A DNA stretch of 47,875 bases from an uncultured Planctomycetota bacterium. GTDB lineage: Bacteria > Planctomycetota > Planctomycetia > Pirellulales > Thermoguttaceae. The stretch spans positions 1 to 47,875 of the forward strand of contig CACXFR010000197.1 of NCBI GenBank assembly GCA_902766935.1. The letters run 5' to 3'. Position 1 is the stretch's first letter, and the number at the start of each line of letters is the position of its first letter. Below are positions 9,801-18,539 of this stretch, in pieces. Under the pieces are notes generated by a model. That model was not told the DNA's origin. It ran no database searches and worked only from the letters and a program-made list of their open reading frames with translations. The position numbers and the translations under genes were made by a program.

Positions 9801-9908
9801 CGTCTGACGATCACCGGCGCCGAAGGAAAGAAACTGATCGACCGCCCCCTGCGGCAGCTCAAAGCGGTCTGGCAGAAAGCGTTTGATCTTGGAGGTGACT
9901 ATCAATGA
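6879..9908 (+). CDS. purL: Phosphoribosylformylglycinamidine synthase, PurS-PurS-PurL fusion
   Basis: The PurL core carries WSEHCSHKT, ETHNHPSALEPYGGA and GKDSLNNE motifs. It is preceded by an extension of about 170 aa with two PurS-like modules; the second contains KLLANDAIEQ, cf. PurS LLAN.VIE. Total length 1009 aa. RBS gaaagga. Confidence 0.9.
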   Translation: MLWEVDIFAAPGQLDRAASDTASDAADMGLSSDLSAVAARGYLIEGDLDAPQIEKLAALFLADPVVERTVIGRVGDPKLDLPPGAADAPEPIYVLPKPGVTDSVADNARKTFPLFGVAAKGCRTFKKYWISGVTDAQLDLVAHKLLANDAIEQLVRGKLPFTKLQVGSPGAFNLRTVAIRAMSEAELETLSKKGQLFLSITEMKTIQGYFNELGRDPTDIELETIAQTWSEHCSHKTLAGRITYSGPEGEKTFNNMLKETIFAATVEIRKNLGPSDFCVSVFSDNAGVVTFNDEYNVCFKVETHNHPSALEPYGGANTGLGGVIRDPMGTGMGAKPVCNTDVFCFAPPETDVSALPPGVLHPRRIIKGVVAGVRDYGNRMGIPTVNGAVYFDRRYLGNPLVYCGNIGLLPVDMSFKHPQAGDLIVAIGGRTGRDGIHGATFSSAELTSESETLSGGAVQIGNAITEKMVLDVMLEARDRGLYNAVTDCGAGGFSSAVGEMGEEIGAEVELDAAPLKYDGLSYTEIWISEAQERMVFSVPKEKWDEFKSLAESENVEAVVLGEFKPTGRLVLNYKGVKVADLPMSFLHDGRPPVVRRAVYTPAPIEPLSVRMSDDPSPAQTVLSAGVGTDDWGADLDAILSSLNVASKHWVVRQYDHEVQGGSVIKPLVGVCNDGPGDAAVLRPIVSSRRALVVSCGMNPNYGDFDTADMAASAIDEAVRNAVAVGADPATIVLLDNFCWGNTDRPETLGSLVRSALACYDVAVGFGTPFVSGKDSLNNEFRPVGAEEPISIPPSLLISAMGQMPDAASAVSMDLKEAGNSLYLVGETKNELGGSHFALVRALKGGKSPSVDIPRARRTFYALHRAIREGLVRAAHDLSEGGLAAAAAEMAFAGNLGAELWTEHLPVDFVPGDRERLAAVPGVTAENAADAVRLFSESNSRFLVEVPAESAAAFEAIFAEADVPLCQLGKVTASDRLTITGAEGKKLIDRPLRQLKAVWQKAFDLGGDYQ

Positions 9909-10678
9909 GTAATACAAAACCGAACGTACTGGTTCTCCGCGCGCCCGGCACCAACTGCGACGTCGAAACCGCCTACGCCTTTGAGCTGGCGGGTGCCGAA
10001 GCCGAGCGGATCCATATCAACCGGCTCCTGGAAGACCCCGCCCTGGCCGATCGGTTCCAGATTCTCTGTTTTCCTGGGGGCTTCAGTTTCGGGGACGACG
10101 TGGCGAGCGGTCGAATTCTCGCCGCGACGATTCGTCATCATCTTGCCGACGCGATCCGCGCGTTCCGTGACGCGGGAAAACTGATCCTGGGGATCTGCAA
10201 CGGGTTCCAGATCCTGATCAAGTCGGGGATTCTGATCGACGAAGACCAGAACGGCCTGCGCGCGACCCTCACCTGGAACAAGAGCGGCGTCTATACCGAC
10301 CGCTGGGCGCGTCTGACCGTCGACGGCCGGAAGTGCGTCTTTCTGCGCGGGGTCGAAGAGCTTTATCTGCCTGTAGCCCACGCCGAAGGGCGGTTTGCCG
10401 CGCGGAGCGAGGCGGTTCTCGACGAGCTCGAAAAAGCCGGACGTCTGGCGCTGCGCTACCTGCCCGAAGACAACCCCAACGGTGCGGCGCGGAACGTGGC
10501 GGGAGTCTGTGACGAGACGGGGCGCGTCTTCGGCCTGATGCCCCACCCCGAACGGCACATCGACGCCACCCAGCACCCCCGCTGGACGCGTCTGGCGCCG
10601 AACGGGCGCGCCGCGAAACCCGAAACCGCCGGGGACGGTTTCGTTCTGTTTAAAAACGCCGTGGAATATTTCCGGTAA
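9905..10678 (+). CDS. purQ: Phosphoribosylformylglycinamidine synthase glutaminase subunit PurQ
   Basis: [19 protein letters not shown], nucleophile elbow GICNGFQIL and the HPER motif. There is a 4-nt ATGA overlap with the purL stop, indicating translational coupling. Confidence 0.93.
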   Translation: MSNTKPNVLVLRAPGTNCDVETAYAFELAGAEAERIHINRLLEDPALADRFQILCFPGGFSFGDDVASGRILAATIRHHLADAIRAFRDAGKLILGICNGFQILIKSGILIDEDQNGLRATLTWNKSGVYTDRWARLTVDGRKCVFLRGVEELYLPVAHAEGRFAARSEAVLDELEKAGRLALRYLPEDNPNGAARNVAGVCDETGRVFGLMPHPERHIDATQHPRWTRLAPNGRAAKPETAGDGFVLFKNAVEYFR

Positions 10679-10698
10679 TCCGAGGGAGCCCCAACACA

Positions 10699-12846
10699 AT
10701 GACAGCTAAAAAACGAAACATCTTGGTCACCAGCGCGCTTCCTTACGCGAACGGAGAGATACACATCGGCCATTTGGTCGAGTATCTCCAGACCGACATC
10801 TGGGTTCGGTTCCAGAAACTCCGCGGAAACAACTGCCGCTACTTCTGCGCCGACGACACCCACGGGACCGCGATCACGATCAGCGCCCGCAAAAAAGGGA
10901 TCACCGAAGAGGAATTTATCGACGGGGTGAGCCGGTCGCACCGGGCCGACTTCGCCGCGTTCGGAATCGAGTTCGACAACTACGGCTCGACCAACTCGCC
11001 CGAAACGCGCGCCTTCTGCGTGGAAATCTGGGACGCGATCCGCAAGGCGGGTCTGGTCGAAGAGCGCGAAATCAAGCAGCTTTACGACCCGGTCGCTCAG
11101 ACGTTCCTCGCCGACCGGTTCGTCAAGGGAACCTGCCCCAAGTGCGGGAAAACCGACCAGTACGGCGACAGCTGCGACTGCGGCGCGGTCTATTCGCCGA
11201 CCGATCTGATTGACCCGGTCAGCACGTTGAGCAACACGACGCCCGAACTGCGCGCCGCCACCCACCTGTTCGTCGAAATCGAGCGGTGCCGCGAATTTTT
11301 GGACGACTGGGTGACGAATTCCGGCGCTCTTCAGCCGGAGATCGTCAACTATCTCAAAGGGCAGTTTCTCTCCGACGCGCTGTGGCCGTGGGACGTCTCG
11401 CGTCCGGCCCCCTATTTCGGGTTCGAGATTCCCGACTCGCCGGGAAACTACTGGTACGTCTGGTTCGACGCGCCGATCGGCTACATGGGCTCGACGATGC
11501 AGTGGTGCAAGAAACACGGCGAAGACGTCGCCTTCTGGTGGAAGAATCCCGACACAGAGATTCATCACTTCATCGGCAAAGACATCTGCTACTTCCACAC
11601 CCTCTTCTGGCCGGCGATGCTCAAAAGCGCGGGATACACGCTCCCGACCAAGGTCCACATTCACGGGTTCCTGACCGTCAACGGCGAAAAGATGTCGAAG
11701 TCGCGCGGCACGTTCATTCTGGCGCGCACCTACCTGAACCATCTGAACCCCTCGTATCTGCGTTACTTCTTCGCGACCAAGACTTCGCCGCGGGTCGACG
11801 ACCTCGACCTCAACTTCGAGGAGATGGAAGCGAAGATCAACGCCGACCTGGTCGGAAATATCGTGAACCTGGCGAGCCGATCGGCGAAATTCGCCGCGGT
11901 CACCGGTCTGGGGGACGCCTACCCCGAAGACGGCGGACTCTTCCGTCAGGCGGCGGACGTTTCCGAAGAGATCGCCGCCGCTTACGAAGAGCGCGACTAC
12001 GGCAAGGCGCTGCGACACATTCTCGAATGCGGATACCGCGCCAACAAGTTCTTTGAAGACGCCGCTCCCTGGGCGATCCGTAAAGAACTGGCGGCGCTCG
12101 AAGCCGACCCGGCGGCCGACCCCGCCGCCCGCGACGCCGCGTTCAAGCGTCTGCAGGACGTGGCGACGGTCAGCGTCAACCTGTTCCGCCAGATCATCGT
12201 CTATCTCACCCCGATCCTTCCCGACCTGACAAAGCAGACCGAAGAGCTCCTCGGCTGTAAGATCGCATCGTGGTCCGACGTCAACGAACCGCTTCTGGGC
12301 AAGAAGATCGGCACCTACAAACACATGATGACCCGCGTTCCTAAAGAAGGGATCGAAGCTATGATTGAAGAAACCAAAAACCTGAACAAACCCGCCGACG
12401 CCGCCCCCGCCGAACAGCCCGCCGCGCCGGAAGAAGCCGCCGCGCCGGAGGTCGCCGTTTCCGACGACCAATGGAAGGATTCCGGCCAGCCGCTCCTCGA
12501 CGAACCGATGAGCGATATGATCACGATCGACGATTTCCTCAAAGTCGACCTGCGGGTCGGCCGGATTGTCGAAGCCGAGCAGGTCGCCGAGGCACGTAAA
12601 CTCTTAAAGCTGAAGATTTCGCTCGGCGGGACCGAAACGCGCCAGGTCTTCGCGGGGATCAAGGCCGCCTATCCCGAACCGGAAAAACTGGTCGGCCGGC
12701 TCGTCGTCTTCGTGGCGAACCTCCAGCCGCGGAAGATGAAGTTCGGACTGAGCGAAGGAATGGTCGTCGCCTCCGGTCCCGGCGGTCCCGACGTCTTTTT
12801 GACCTTCCCCGACGAGGGGGCCAAGCCGGGCATGCGCCTCCACTGA
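10699..12846 (+). CDS. metG: Methionine--tRNA ligase with C-terminal tRNA-binding (Trbp111/EMAP-like) domain
   Basis: [17 protein letters not shown] (HIGH motif), zinc knuckle CPKCGK...[12 protein letters not shown] (KMSKS motif), and a C-terminal [12 protein letters not shown]...GMVV OB-fold domain. Confidence 0.95.
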   Translation: MTAKKRNILVTSALPYANGEIHIGHLVEYLQTDIWVRFQKLRGNNCRYFCADDTHGTAITISARKKGITEEEFIDGVSRSHRADFAAFGIEFDNYGSTNSPETRAFCVEIWDAIRKAGLVEEREIKQLYDPVAQTFLADRFVKGTCPKCGKTDQYGDSCDCGAVYSPTDLIDPVSTLSNTTPELRAATHLFVEIERCREFLDDWVTNSGALQPEIVNYLKGQFLSDALWPWDVSRPAPYFGFEIPDSPGNYWYVWFDAPIGYMGSTMQWCKKHGEDVAFWWKNPDTEIHHFIGKDICYFHTLFWPAMLKSAGYTLPTKVHIHGFLTVNGEKMSKSRGTFILARTYLNHLNPSYLRYFFATKTSPRVDDLDLNFEEMEAKINADLVGNIVNLASRSAKFAAVTGLGDAYPEDGGLFRQAADVSEEIAAAYEERDYGKALRHILECGYRANKFFEDAAPWAIRKELAALEADPAADPAARDAAFKRLQDVATVSVNLFRQIIVYLTPILPDLTKQTEELLGCKIASWSDVNEPLLGKKIGTYKHMMTRVPKEGIEAMIEETKNLNKPADAAPAEQPAAPEEAAAPEVAVSDDQWKDSGQPLLDEPMSDMITIDDFLKVDLRVGRIVEAEQVAEARKLLKLKISLGGTETRQVFAGIKAAYPEPEKLVGRLVVFVANLQPRKMKFGLSEGMVVASGPGGPDVFLTFPDEGAKPGMRLH

Positions 12847-12853
12847 AAAGACG

Positions 12854-13582
12854 ATGGGGTTCGCGTATCGGCTTCTGGCGGTCTTTTACGCCGTCCTGAT
12901 CGGGGGGTGCCTCGGCTCTTTCCTGAACGTGGCCGTCTGGCGGCTCCCCGCCGGGAAAAGCCTGATCCGACCCGCTTCGTTCTGTCCGAAATGCGGGCAC
13001 CCCATCCGCTTTTACGATAATATCCCCCTCTTCGGCTGGCTCTTTCTGCGGGGGAAATGCCGCGACTGCCGCCAGCCGATCTCCCTCCGCTACCCGATCG
13101 TCGAATGCACGGTCGCCGCGGCGGGAGGGATCCTCGCCGCCCTTTTTTTCTTCGGCGAGCGGGGAGTTCCGGCGGGAATCTTTCGCTGGAACGGTCTTTC
13201 CGAACGGTTCGCCCTTCTGGCCGACTACCAAAGCGGCGGAACGTTCTTTTCCCCCGTCACGCCGGAGGGGACGCTCCTGGTCGGTCTGGGGATGACTCTC
13301 CTGTGGCTTGCGCTCTGCTCGCTCATTTTGGGGCTGGCGCTCGTTCATTTCGACGGACACGCGCTCTCCCCTCTCTGGCAGGGGGGGCTCCTCTGCGGGG
13401 CGGTGCTCCTGTTGGGGGAGGCGGGAATCGTCCCCGACGCCGGAGCGATTCTCTGCGCCGCCGCGGCGCTCCTTTTCGGACGGCGCGCGCGCCGGGGAAC
13501 AGTCTTGCTGTTTTGCGTCCTGTTTTTTGTCACACTGACGGGGATCATCTTTTTCCATGGCATCTCAACAGAGGCTCTTTGA
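12854..13582 (+). CDS. Prepilin peptidase (A24)-like membrane protein
   Basis: N-terminal GSFLNVAVWRLPAGKSLIRPASFCPKCGHPIRFYDNIPLFGWLFLRGKCRDCRQPISLRYPIVE matches the PilD-type Cys-rich N-terminal domain. The downstream polytopic region has FDGH and VPDAG where PilD has ID..D and GxGDxK. Short at 242 aa. Confidence 0.6.
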   Translation: MGFAYRLLAVFYAVLIGGCLGSFLNVAVWRLPAGKSLIRPASFCPKCGHPIRFYDNIPLFGWLFLRGKCRDCRQPISLRYPIVECTVAAAGGILAALFFFGERGVPAGIFRWNGLSERFALLADYQSGGTFFSPVTPEGTLLVGLGMTLLWLALCSLILGLALVHFDGHALSPLWQGGLLCGAVLLLGEAGIVPDAGAILCAAAALLFGRRARRGTVLLFCVLFFVTLTGIIFFHGISTEAL

Positions 13583-15956
13583 CGACGACCCGGCGCCGGA
13601 CCCGAAACGGGAAAAATCGCCGCGCGTCGAAAAGTCATACGATCCGCTCCCCTGCTGGAAAGCTTCGGTCGTCTATCAGGAGGGAGCCGAAGGCGTCTTT
13701 GACTATCGGATTCCCGACGACCTTCTTTCGCTCGTCCGGCCGGGCCAGCGTCTCCTCGTCCCGCTGGGGGTCTCGAACCGAAAGGTCGGAGCCTGGTGCG
13801 TCGGCACCTCGTTCGGCCCGCCCCCGATTTCGGCCAAAGGAAAACCGGTCCGCTTAAAGCCGATCTCGAACGTGATCGACAAAGAGCCGCTCCTTTCGCC
13901 GAAGATGCTCGAATTGGCGCGGTGGCTTTCCAAGAGATATTTCTGCCCCTTGGGAACCGTGATGGAAACGATCCTTCCGGCGGGAGTGAGGAAGCAGGCG
14001 GGAACGCGGCCGACCACCGTCTGGCGCGTCGTCGACAATCTTTCCGAAAAACTCGCGCAACTGGAAACGCAGAGGGAAAACGCGAAACGCCGCGCTCCGC
14101 TTCTGACGCCGAAACAACGTCTGGCGCTCGACGTGCTGCAACAATCACCCGAGCCGATGACGCTGCACGAACTGGCCCGTTCGGCGCGCACGAGCGACGT
14201 TCCGGTCCGCGCGCTCAAAGAGATGGGGCTCCTCCGGGCCGAACGGATTCGGCGGAAGAGCAAGATTTTCGAAGAGCTTCAAAAAGAAGTCCCCCGCACC
14301 GCTCCGCTCGAACTGAACGCCGACCAGGCCGCCGCCGTCGCGCGTATTACAGATTACGTCAGAACGGGAACCTTCAAGACGATCCTCCTGCACGGGGTGA
14401 CCGGCAGCGGCAAGACCGAAGTCTACCTCCAGTCGATCGCCGAGGCGGTCCGTCTGGGGAAACAGGCGATCGTCCTCGTCCCGGAAATCAGCCTGACCCC
14501 GCAGACGGTCCGCCGATTCCGTCAGCGGTTCGACTCGGTCGCCGTGCTGCACAGCCATCTGACCGACATCGAACGGCACGTCGAATGGCGGCGGATCAGC
14601 GAGGGAAAGGCGCAGGTCGTGATCGGCGCGCGCAGCGCCGTCTTCGCCCCGCTCGACCGACTCGGGCTGATCGTCATCGACGAGGAGCACGAAACCTCGT
14701 TCAAGCAGGGGGAACTTCCGCGCTACCACGCCCGGGAAGCGGCGCGTTACCGCGCCTGGCAGGAGGGGATTCCCCTTCTTTTGGGGTCGGCGACCCCGTC
14801 GCTCGAGAGCTGGTATCACGCCCAGCGGGGGGAATACGACCTCATTTCGATGCCGCGGCGCGTAAACAACTACCCCCTGCCGCAGGTCTCGCTCCTCGAC
14901 CTGCGCACCTCCGGGGAAGCGGGGTTCGCCCACGGCGCCATTCATCGGAAACTGGCGATGGCGATCGAAGACGCGCTCGACGAAAACGGGCAGGTGATCC
15001 TCTTTCTGAACCGGCGCGGCTATTCGACCCGGATCCAGTGTCCCCGCTGCGGCGAGGTGATGAAATGCCCGAACTGCGACGTTCCCCTGACCCATCACCG
15101 AACCGAAAGGGCCGCGATCTGCCATTACTGCGACTACGAAGCGCCGATCCCCCGCCGATGCCCGAACCCCGACTGCCGCGGCGGCGGCGATATTCTCTTC
15201 AGCGGATTCGGAACCGAACGGCTCGAAAAAGAGCTGGCCGACCGATTTTCCGCGCCGGTCCTTCGGATGGACATGGACACGATGCGCGGCCGGGGGGCGC
15301 ACGAAAAAGCTCTGGCAGCGTTCCGGCGCGGCGAGTATAAGATCCTTCTGGGAACGCAGATGATCGCCAAGGGACTCGATTTTCCGAACGTCCTTCTGGT
15401 CGGCGTGATCAGCGCCGACACCTCCCTCTATCACCCCGACTTCCGCGCCTCGGAACGGACGTTCCACCTGATCACGCAGGTCGCCGGGCGCACCGGGCGC
15501 GGAGAACGGGGAGGACGCGTGATCGTCCAGACCTACGCGCCGGAACACCCGGCGATCGTGGCGGCGGCGCGGCACGACTTTCAAGCGTTCGTCGCCGGAG
15601 AGCTCGCCAGCCGGAAGCGGGTCGGCTATCCTCCCTTCACCGAGCTGATCCGGATCATCGTGCGGGGGGAAGACGGCGGGAAGACCGAGTCGTTCGCCGC
15701 GCACTTGGCCGACAGACTCAACGCCTCGCTGGCCGAGGCGAAAGACAACGCCGGTGCCCCCCTCCGGTTCCGGCTTATGGGACCGGCGCCGGCGGTCTTT
15801 CCGAAACTCCGCGGGCTCTGGCGCTGGCACATTCATATCCGCTCGGCGTTCGGTGCGGCGATGCGCGATGCGATCCGCCGCGCGCTGGCTCAGAAAATCG
15901 ACAAGCCCGACGGGGTCGAGTGGGTCATCGACGTCGACCCGATCGACATGCTTTAA
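13557..15956 (+). CDS. priA: Primosomal protein N' (replication restart helicase PriA)
   Basis: Walker A GVTGSGKTEVYL, DEEH box, Cys-rich zinc region CPRCGEVMKCPNCDVPLTHH...CHYCDY...CPNPDC, and LLGTQMIAKGLDFPNV. The predicted start overlaps the upstream gene by 26 nt. Confidence 0.92.
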   Translation: MASQQRLFDDDPAPDPKREKSPRVEKSYDPLPCWKASVVYQEGAEGVFDYRIPDDLLSLVRPGQRLLVPLGVSNRKVGAWCVGTSFGPPPISAKGKPVRLKPISNVIDKEPLLSPKMLELARWLSKRYFCPLGTVMETILPAGVRKQAGTRPTTVWRVVDNLSEKLAQLETQRENAKRRAPLLTPKQRLALDVLQQSPEPMTLHELARSARTSDVPVRALKEMGLLRAERIRRKSKIFEELQKEVPRTAPLELNADQAAAVARITDYVRTGTFKTILLHGVTGSGKTEVYLQSIAEAVRLGKQAIVLVPEISLTPQTVRRFRQRFDSVAVLHSHLTDIERHVEWRRISEGKAQVVIGARSAVFAPLDRLGLIVIDEEHETSFKQGELPRYHAREAARYRAWQEGIPLLLGSATPSLESWYHAQRGEYDLISMPRRVNNYPLPQVSLLDLRTSGEAGFAHGAIHRKLAMAIEDALDENGQVILFLNRRGYSTRIQCPRCGEVMKCPNCDVPLTHHRTERAAICHYCDYEAPIPRRCPNPDCRGGGDILFSGFGTERLEKELADRFSAPVLRMDMDTMRGRGAHEKALAAFRRGEYKILLGTQMIAKGLDFPNVLLVGVISADTSLYHPDFRASERTFHLITQVAGRTGRGERGGRVIVQTYAPEHPAIVAAARHDFQAFVAGELASRKRVGYPPFTELIRIIVRGEDGGKTESFAAHLADRLNASLAEAKDNAGAPLRFRLMGPAPAVFPKLRGLWRWHIHIRSAFGAAMRDAIRRALAQKIDKPDGVEWVIDVDPIDML

Positions 15957-16027
15957 TCCGCGCCGGGCGAACGGCGTTCCGGCTGACACTGAACGGCATC
16001 CACCACTTTCATCCAAAGGAGCGAACC

Positions 16028-17587
16028 ATGGCCACCGAAAAACCTCTCTTTACCAAAGAAGCGGAAGACCTCATCTTTAACACCGCCCGCGCTCAGGTCG
16101 TCTCGACCGTTCTGTGGCGCGGTTCCGGCCGTCCCGGCCCCGATTTTTCGAAGGAGCTCGGCGCGCTGGCCGAAACGCCGGTTCTCGGCACGTTCGTCAG
16201 TTTCAAGAAGGACGGGCAGCTGCGCAGCTGCATGGGGTGGATGAACGATGGCGCGCCCCTCGCCGAGGCGCTTCGCGCGTCGGCGGTATCGGCGGCGCGC
16301 GAAGATCCGCGGTTCCCTCCGCTGGCCGGTTCGGAATTCGAGTCCCTTTCGATGGAAGTCTGGGTCTTGTGGGGGATGACCGAGACGACCTGCCCGCCGG
16401 AGGAGCGCGCGGGCGCGTTTGAAATCGGCCGGCACGGCCTGCAGATCAGCGGCTACGGCCGGCGCGGACTCCTCCTCCCCGGCGTGGCGCTCGAGTTCGG
16501 AATGAACAATCTCCAGTTCTTGGAGGCCGTCTGCCAGAAAGCGGGGCTCCCCCGCGGCGCCTGGCGCGACGGCCGAACCGTCTTGAACATCTTCGAGGGG
16601 CTGGCGATCGACCGTCCCTTCTTCGATGAGGAAATCGCCGCCGAACGCGACGAGGCGGCGCGGGAAAACCGGGATGCCGACCGGCGGTTCGACGCGCGTC
16701 AGTACTCCTGGAACTTCGGCACTCCGGCGGTCGCCCCCGCTGCGTCCCGACGGGCGGCTCCGGCACCCGAGTTCCCCGCCGTTCGTCCGGCGGCGGTCGC
16801 CGGAATGTTCTACCCGCGCGGGGACGAACAGAAGAGAATGCTCGACGCTTTCGCCGCCGCGTCGGCGAAAGAGCCGGCCTGCGAGGCGAAGGCGGTGATG
16901 ATCCCTCACGCCGGCTGGATCTATTCCGGGGAGCTGGCCTATCGAACCCTTGCCGAGACGAAGATTCCCTCGTCGGTTCTGATCCTGGCGCCGAAACACC
17001 GCCCGGAAGGAGCCGGCTGGGCGCTCTGTCCGGCGCGCGTCTGGGATTTCGGCTCCGGCCAACTCGAAAACGACCTGGAGCTGACGCGCGGGATCGCCGG
17101 CGCCGTTCCCCGTTTCAAACTCGACACGCTCGCGCATCAGCGGGAACACGCCGTGGAGGTGATCCTTCCGATGCTGGCGCGTCTGGCGCCGGGAGTGAAG
17201 GTCGCCGGCGGGGTTCTCGGGTTCGGCAGCGAAGATGATCTTTTCGAAGGGGCGCTGCGGTTCGCCGACTACTACGCCGGGCTGAAAAACCCGCCGCTGC
17301 TGATCGTCTCGAGTGACATGAACCATTACGAGAATCTCGAACGAACCGAAAAGCTCGACCAAAAGGCGCTTGACGCGCTCGAGACGCTCGATCCGCGCCG
17401 GCTTTGCGCGGTCGTCGCCGAGAACCGAATCACGATGTGCGGGGTCCATCCGGCGGCGTTCGTCCTCGAAGCGCTCCGCCTTGCCGGACGGCTCTCCTCC
17501 TTCCGGAAGATCGGCCATACGACCAGCGCCGCCGCCTCGGGGGATACCGCCCACGTGGTCGGCTACGCGGGGTACCTCTTCTTCTGA
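16028..17587 (+). CDS. AMMECR1-domain / MEMO1-family fusion protein
   Basis: Start moved to the ATG at 16028 (aaaggag RBS), because the upstream part of track ORF 15920 overlaps the priA end. The N-terminal half (GTFVSFKKDGQLRSCMGW...DPRFPPL...VLWG) is AMMECR1-like. The C-terminal half (RPAAVAGMFYP, MIPHAGWIYSG, HQREHAVEVILPML, SSDMNHY) is MEMO-like. Confidence 0.8.
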   Translation: MATEKPLFTKEAEDLIFNTARAQVVSTVLWRGSGRPGPDFSKELGALAETPVLGTFVSFKKDGQLRSCMGWMNDGAPLAEALRASAVSAAREDPRFPPLAGSEFESLSMEVWVLWGMTETTCPPEERAGAFEIGRHGLQISGYGRRGLLLPGVALEFGMNNLQFLEAVCQKAGLPRGAWRDGRTVLNIFEGLAIDRPFFDEEIAAERDEAARENRDADRRFDARQYSWNFGTPAVAPAASRRAAPAPEFPAVRPAAVAGMFYPRGDEQKRMLDAFAAASAKEPACEAKAVMIPHAGWIYSGELAYRTLAETKIPSSVLILAPKHRPEGAGWALCPARVWDFGSGQLENDLELTRGIAGAVPRFKLDTLAHQREHAVEVILPMLARLAPGVKVAGGVLGFGSEDDLFEGALRFADYYAGLKNPPLLIVSSDMNHYENLERTEKLDQKALDALETLDPRRLCAVVAENRITMCGVHPAAFVLEALRLAGRLSSFRKIGHTTSAAASGDTAHVVGYAGYLFF

Positions 17588-17762
17588 GCCGCCCGCGTTC
17601 TTTCCCCACGGCGGGAAGAGACGCTTTCGCCTTGAAATAATCGAGGTCTGTGATAGGATATATAAGAGGGTCTTTGACCCGACGGCGGGCGCTTTTTCCC
17701 GCGTCCGAACGCCGGCTCGGCCGGCAAAAAACAAGAGCCAAACCAGGGATTCCGGTAAAGCG

Positions 17763-18470
17763 ATGCTTGAACTGCGAAACTTAAAAAAATCTTATAAAGA
17801 ACCCGACGGGAGCGAACTTCCGATTCTCGACGTTCCTCACTGGAAGGTCGACGCCGGAGAACAGGTGGTCGTGATCGGCCCGAGCGGATGCGGCAAGACG
17901 ACCCTTCTGCACATCATCGCCGGCATTTTGAAGCCGACGTCCGGCCATGTCCTTATCGACGGATGGGATATTCCCCTGCTGAACGAGTCGGAACGGGATC
18001 AGTTCCGCGCTCTTCGGATCGGCTATGTCTTTCAGACGTTCAATCTTCTTCAGGGGTTCACGGCGCTCGAAAACGTGATGATCGGGATGGCGTTCGCCGG
18101 CAAGGGCTCGGACCGCGCCCGCGCGATCGACCTGCTCGACCGAGTCGGACTGAAACACCGCCTCCACCATAAGCCGGGTCAAATGTCGGTCGGCGAGCAG
18201 CAGCGCGTCTCGGTGGCGCGGGCGCTGGCCAACAAGCCGAAACTGGTTCTCGCCGACGAGCCGACGGCGAACGTCGACGTCGGGAACCAGCAGCTGGTGA
18301 TCGACATGCTCCGCAACTCCTGCCGGGAAGAGGGAGTGGCGCTGATCATCGTCACCCACGCGCCGCAGGTCTCGTCGCAGTTCGACCGGGTCGACCGCCT
18401 GACCGAGATCAATCTGGTCGCCAAAAAGAAGGTCGACGAGATCGAGCGGCAGCTCCATCCGGCCGGCTGA
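17763..18470 (+). CDS. ABC transporter ATP-binding protein (MacB/LolD-like)
   Basis: Walker A GPSGCGKTTLL, signature MSVGEQQRVSVARAL, Walker B LVLADEPTANVD. Start taken at MLELRNLKKSY (ATG 17763) rather than the track's 17370. Confidence 0.9.
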   Translation: MLELRNLKKSYKEPDGSELPILDVPHWKVDAGEQVVVIGPSGCGKTTLLHIIAGILKPTSGHVLIDGWDIPLLNESERDQFRALRIGYVFQTFNLLQGFTALENVMIGMAFAGKGSDRARAIDLLDRVGLKHRLHHKPGQMSVGEQQRVSVARALANKPKLVLADEPTANVDVGNQQLVIDMLRNSCREEGVALIIVTHAPQVSSQFDRVDRLTEINLVAKKKVDEIERQLHPAG

Positions 18471-18539
18471 ATCGCCGCGCCGCCCCTCAAAAGAAAAGAA
18501 TACGCGCCCGAGCGTTCACAGATAAGGGAACCGTAAAAA

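Noticed and set aside
15920-16027. N-terminal extensions in the ORF track: 15920 for the AMMECR1-MEMO gene, 17370 for the ABC ATPase, 28222 for the TPR gene, 30162 for the phosphohexomutase, 31321 for the VWA gene, 33581 for glgC, 34377 for mraZ, 34682 for the RNase Z-like gene, 35807 for ffh, 45111 for infA and 41469 for glyA.
   Set aside because: The extensions overlap neighbouring genes or a tRNA, are R-rich, and lack homology to the family N-termini. Internal starts with Shine-Dalgarno sequences reproduce the canonical N-termini, so starts were trimmed.
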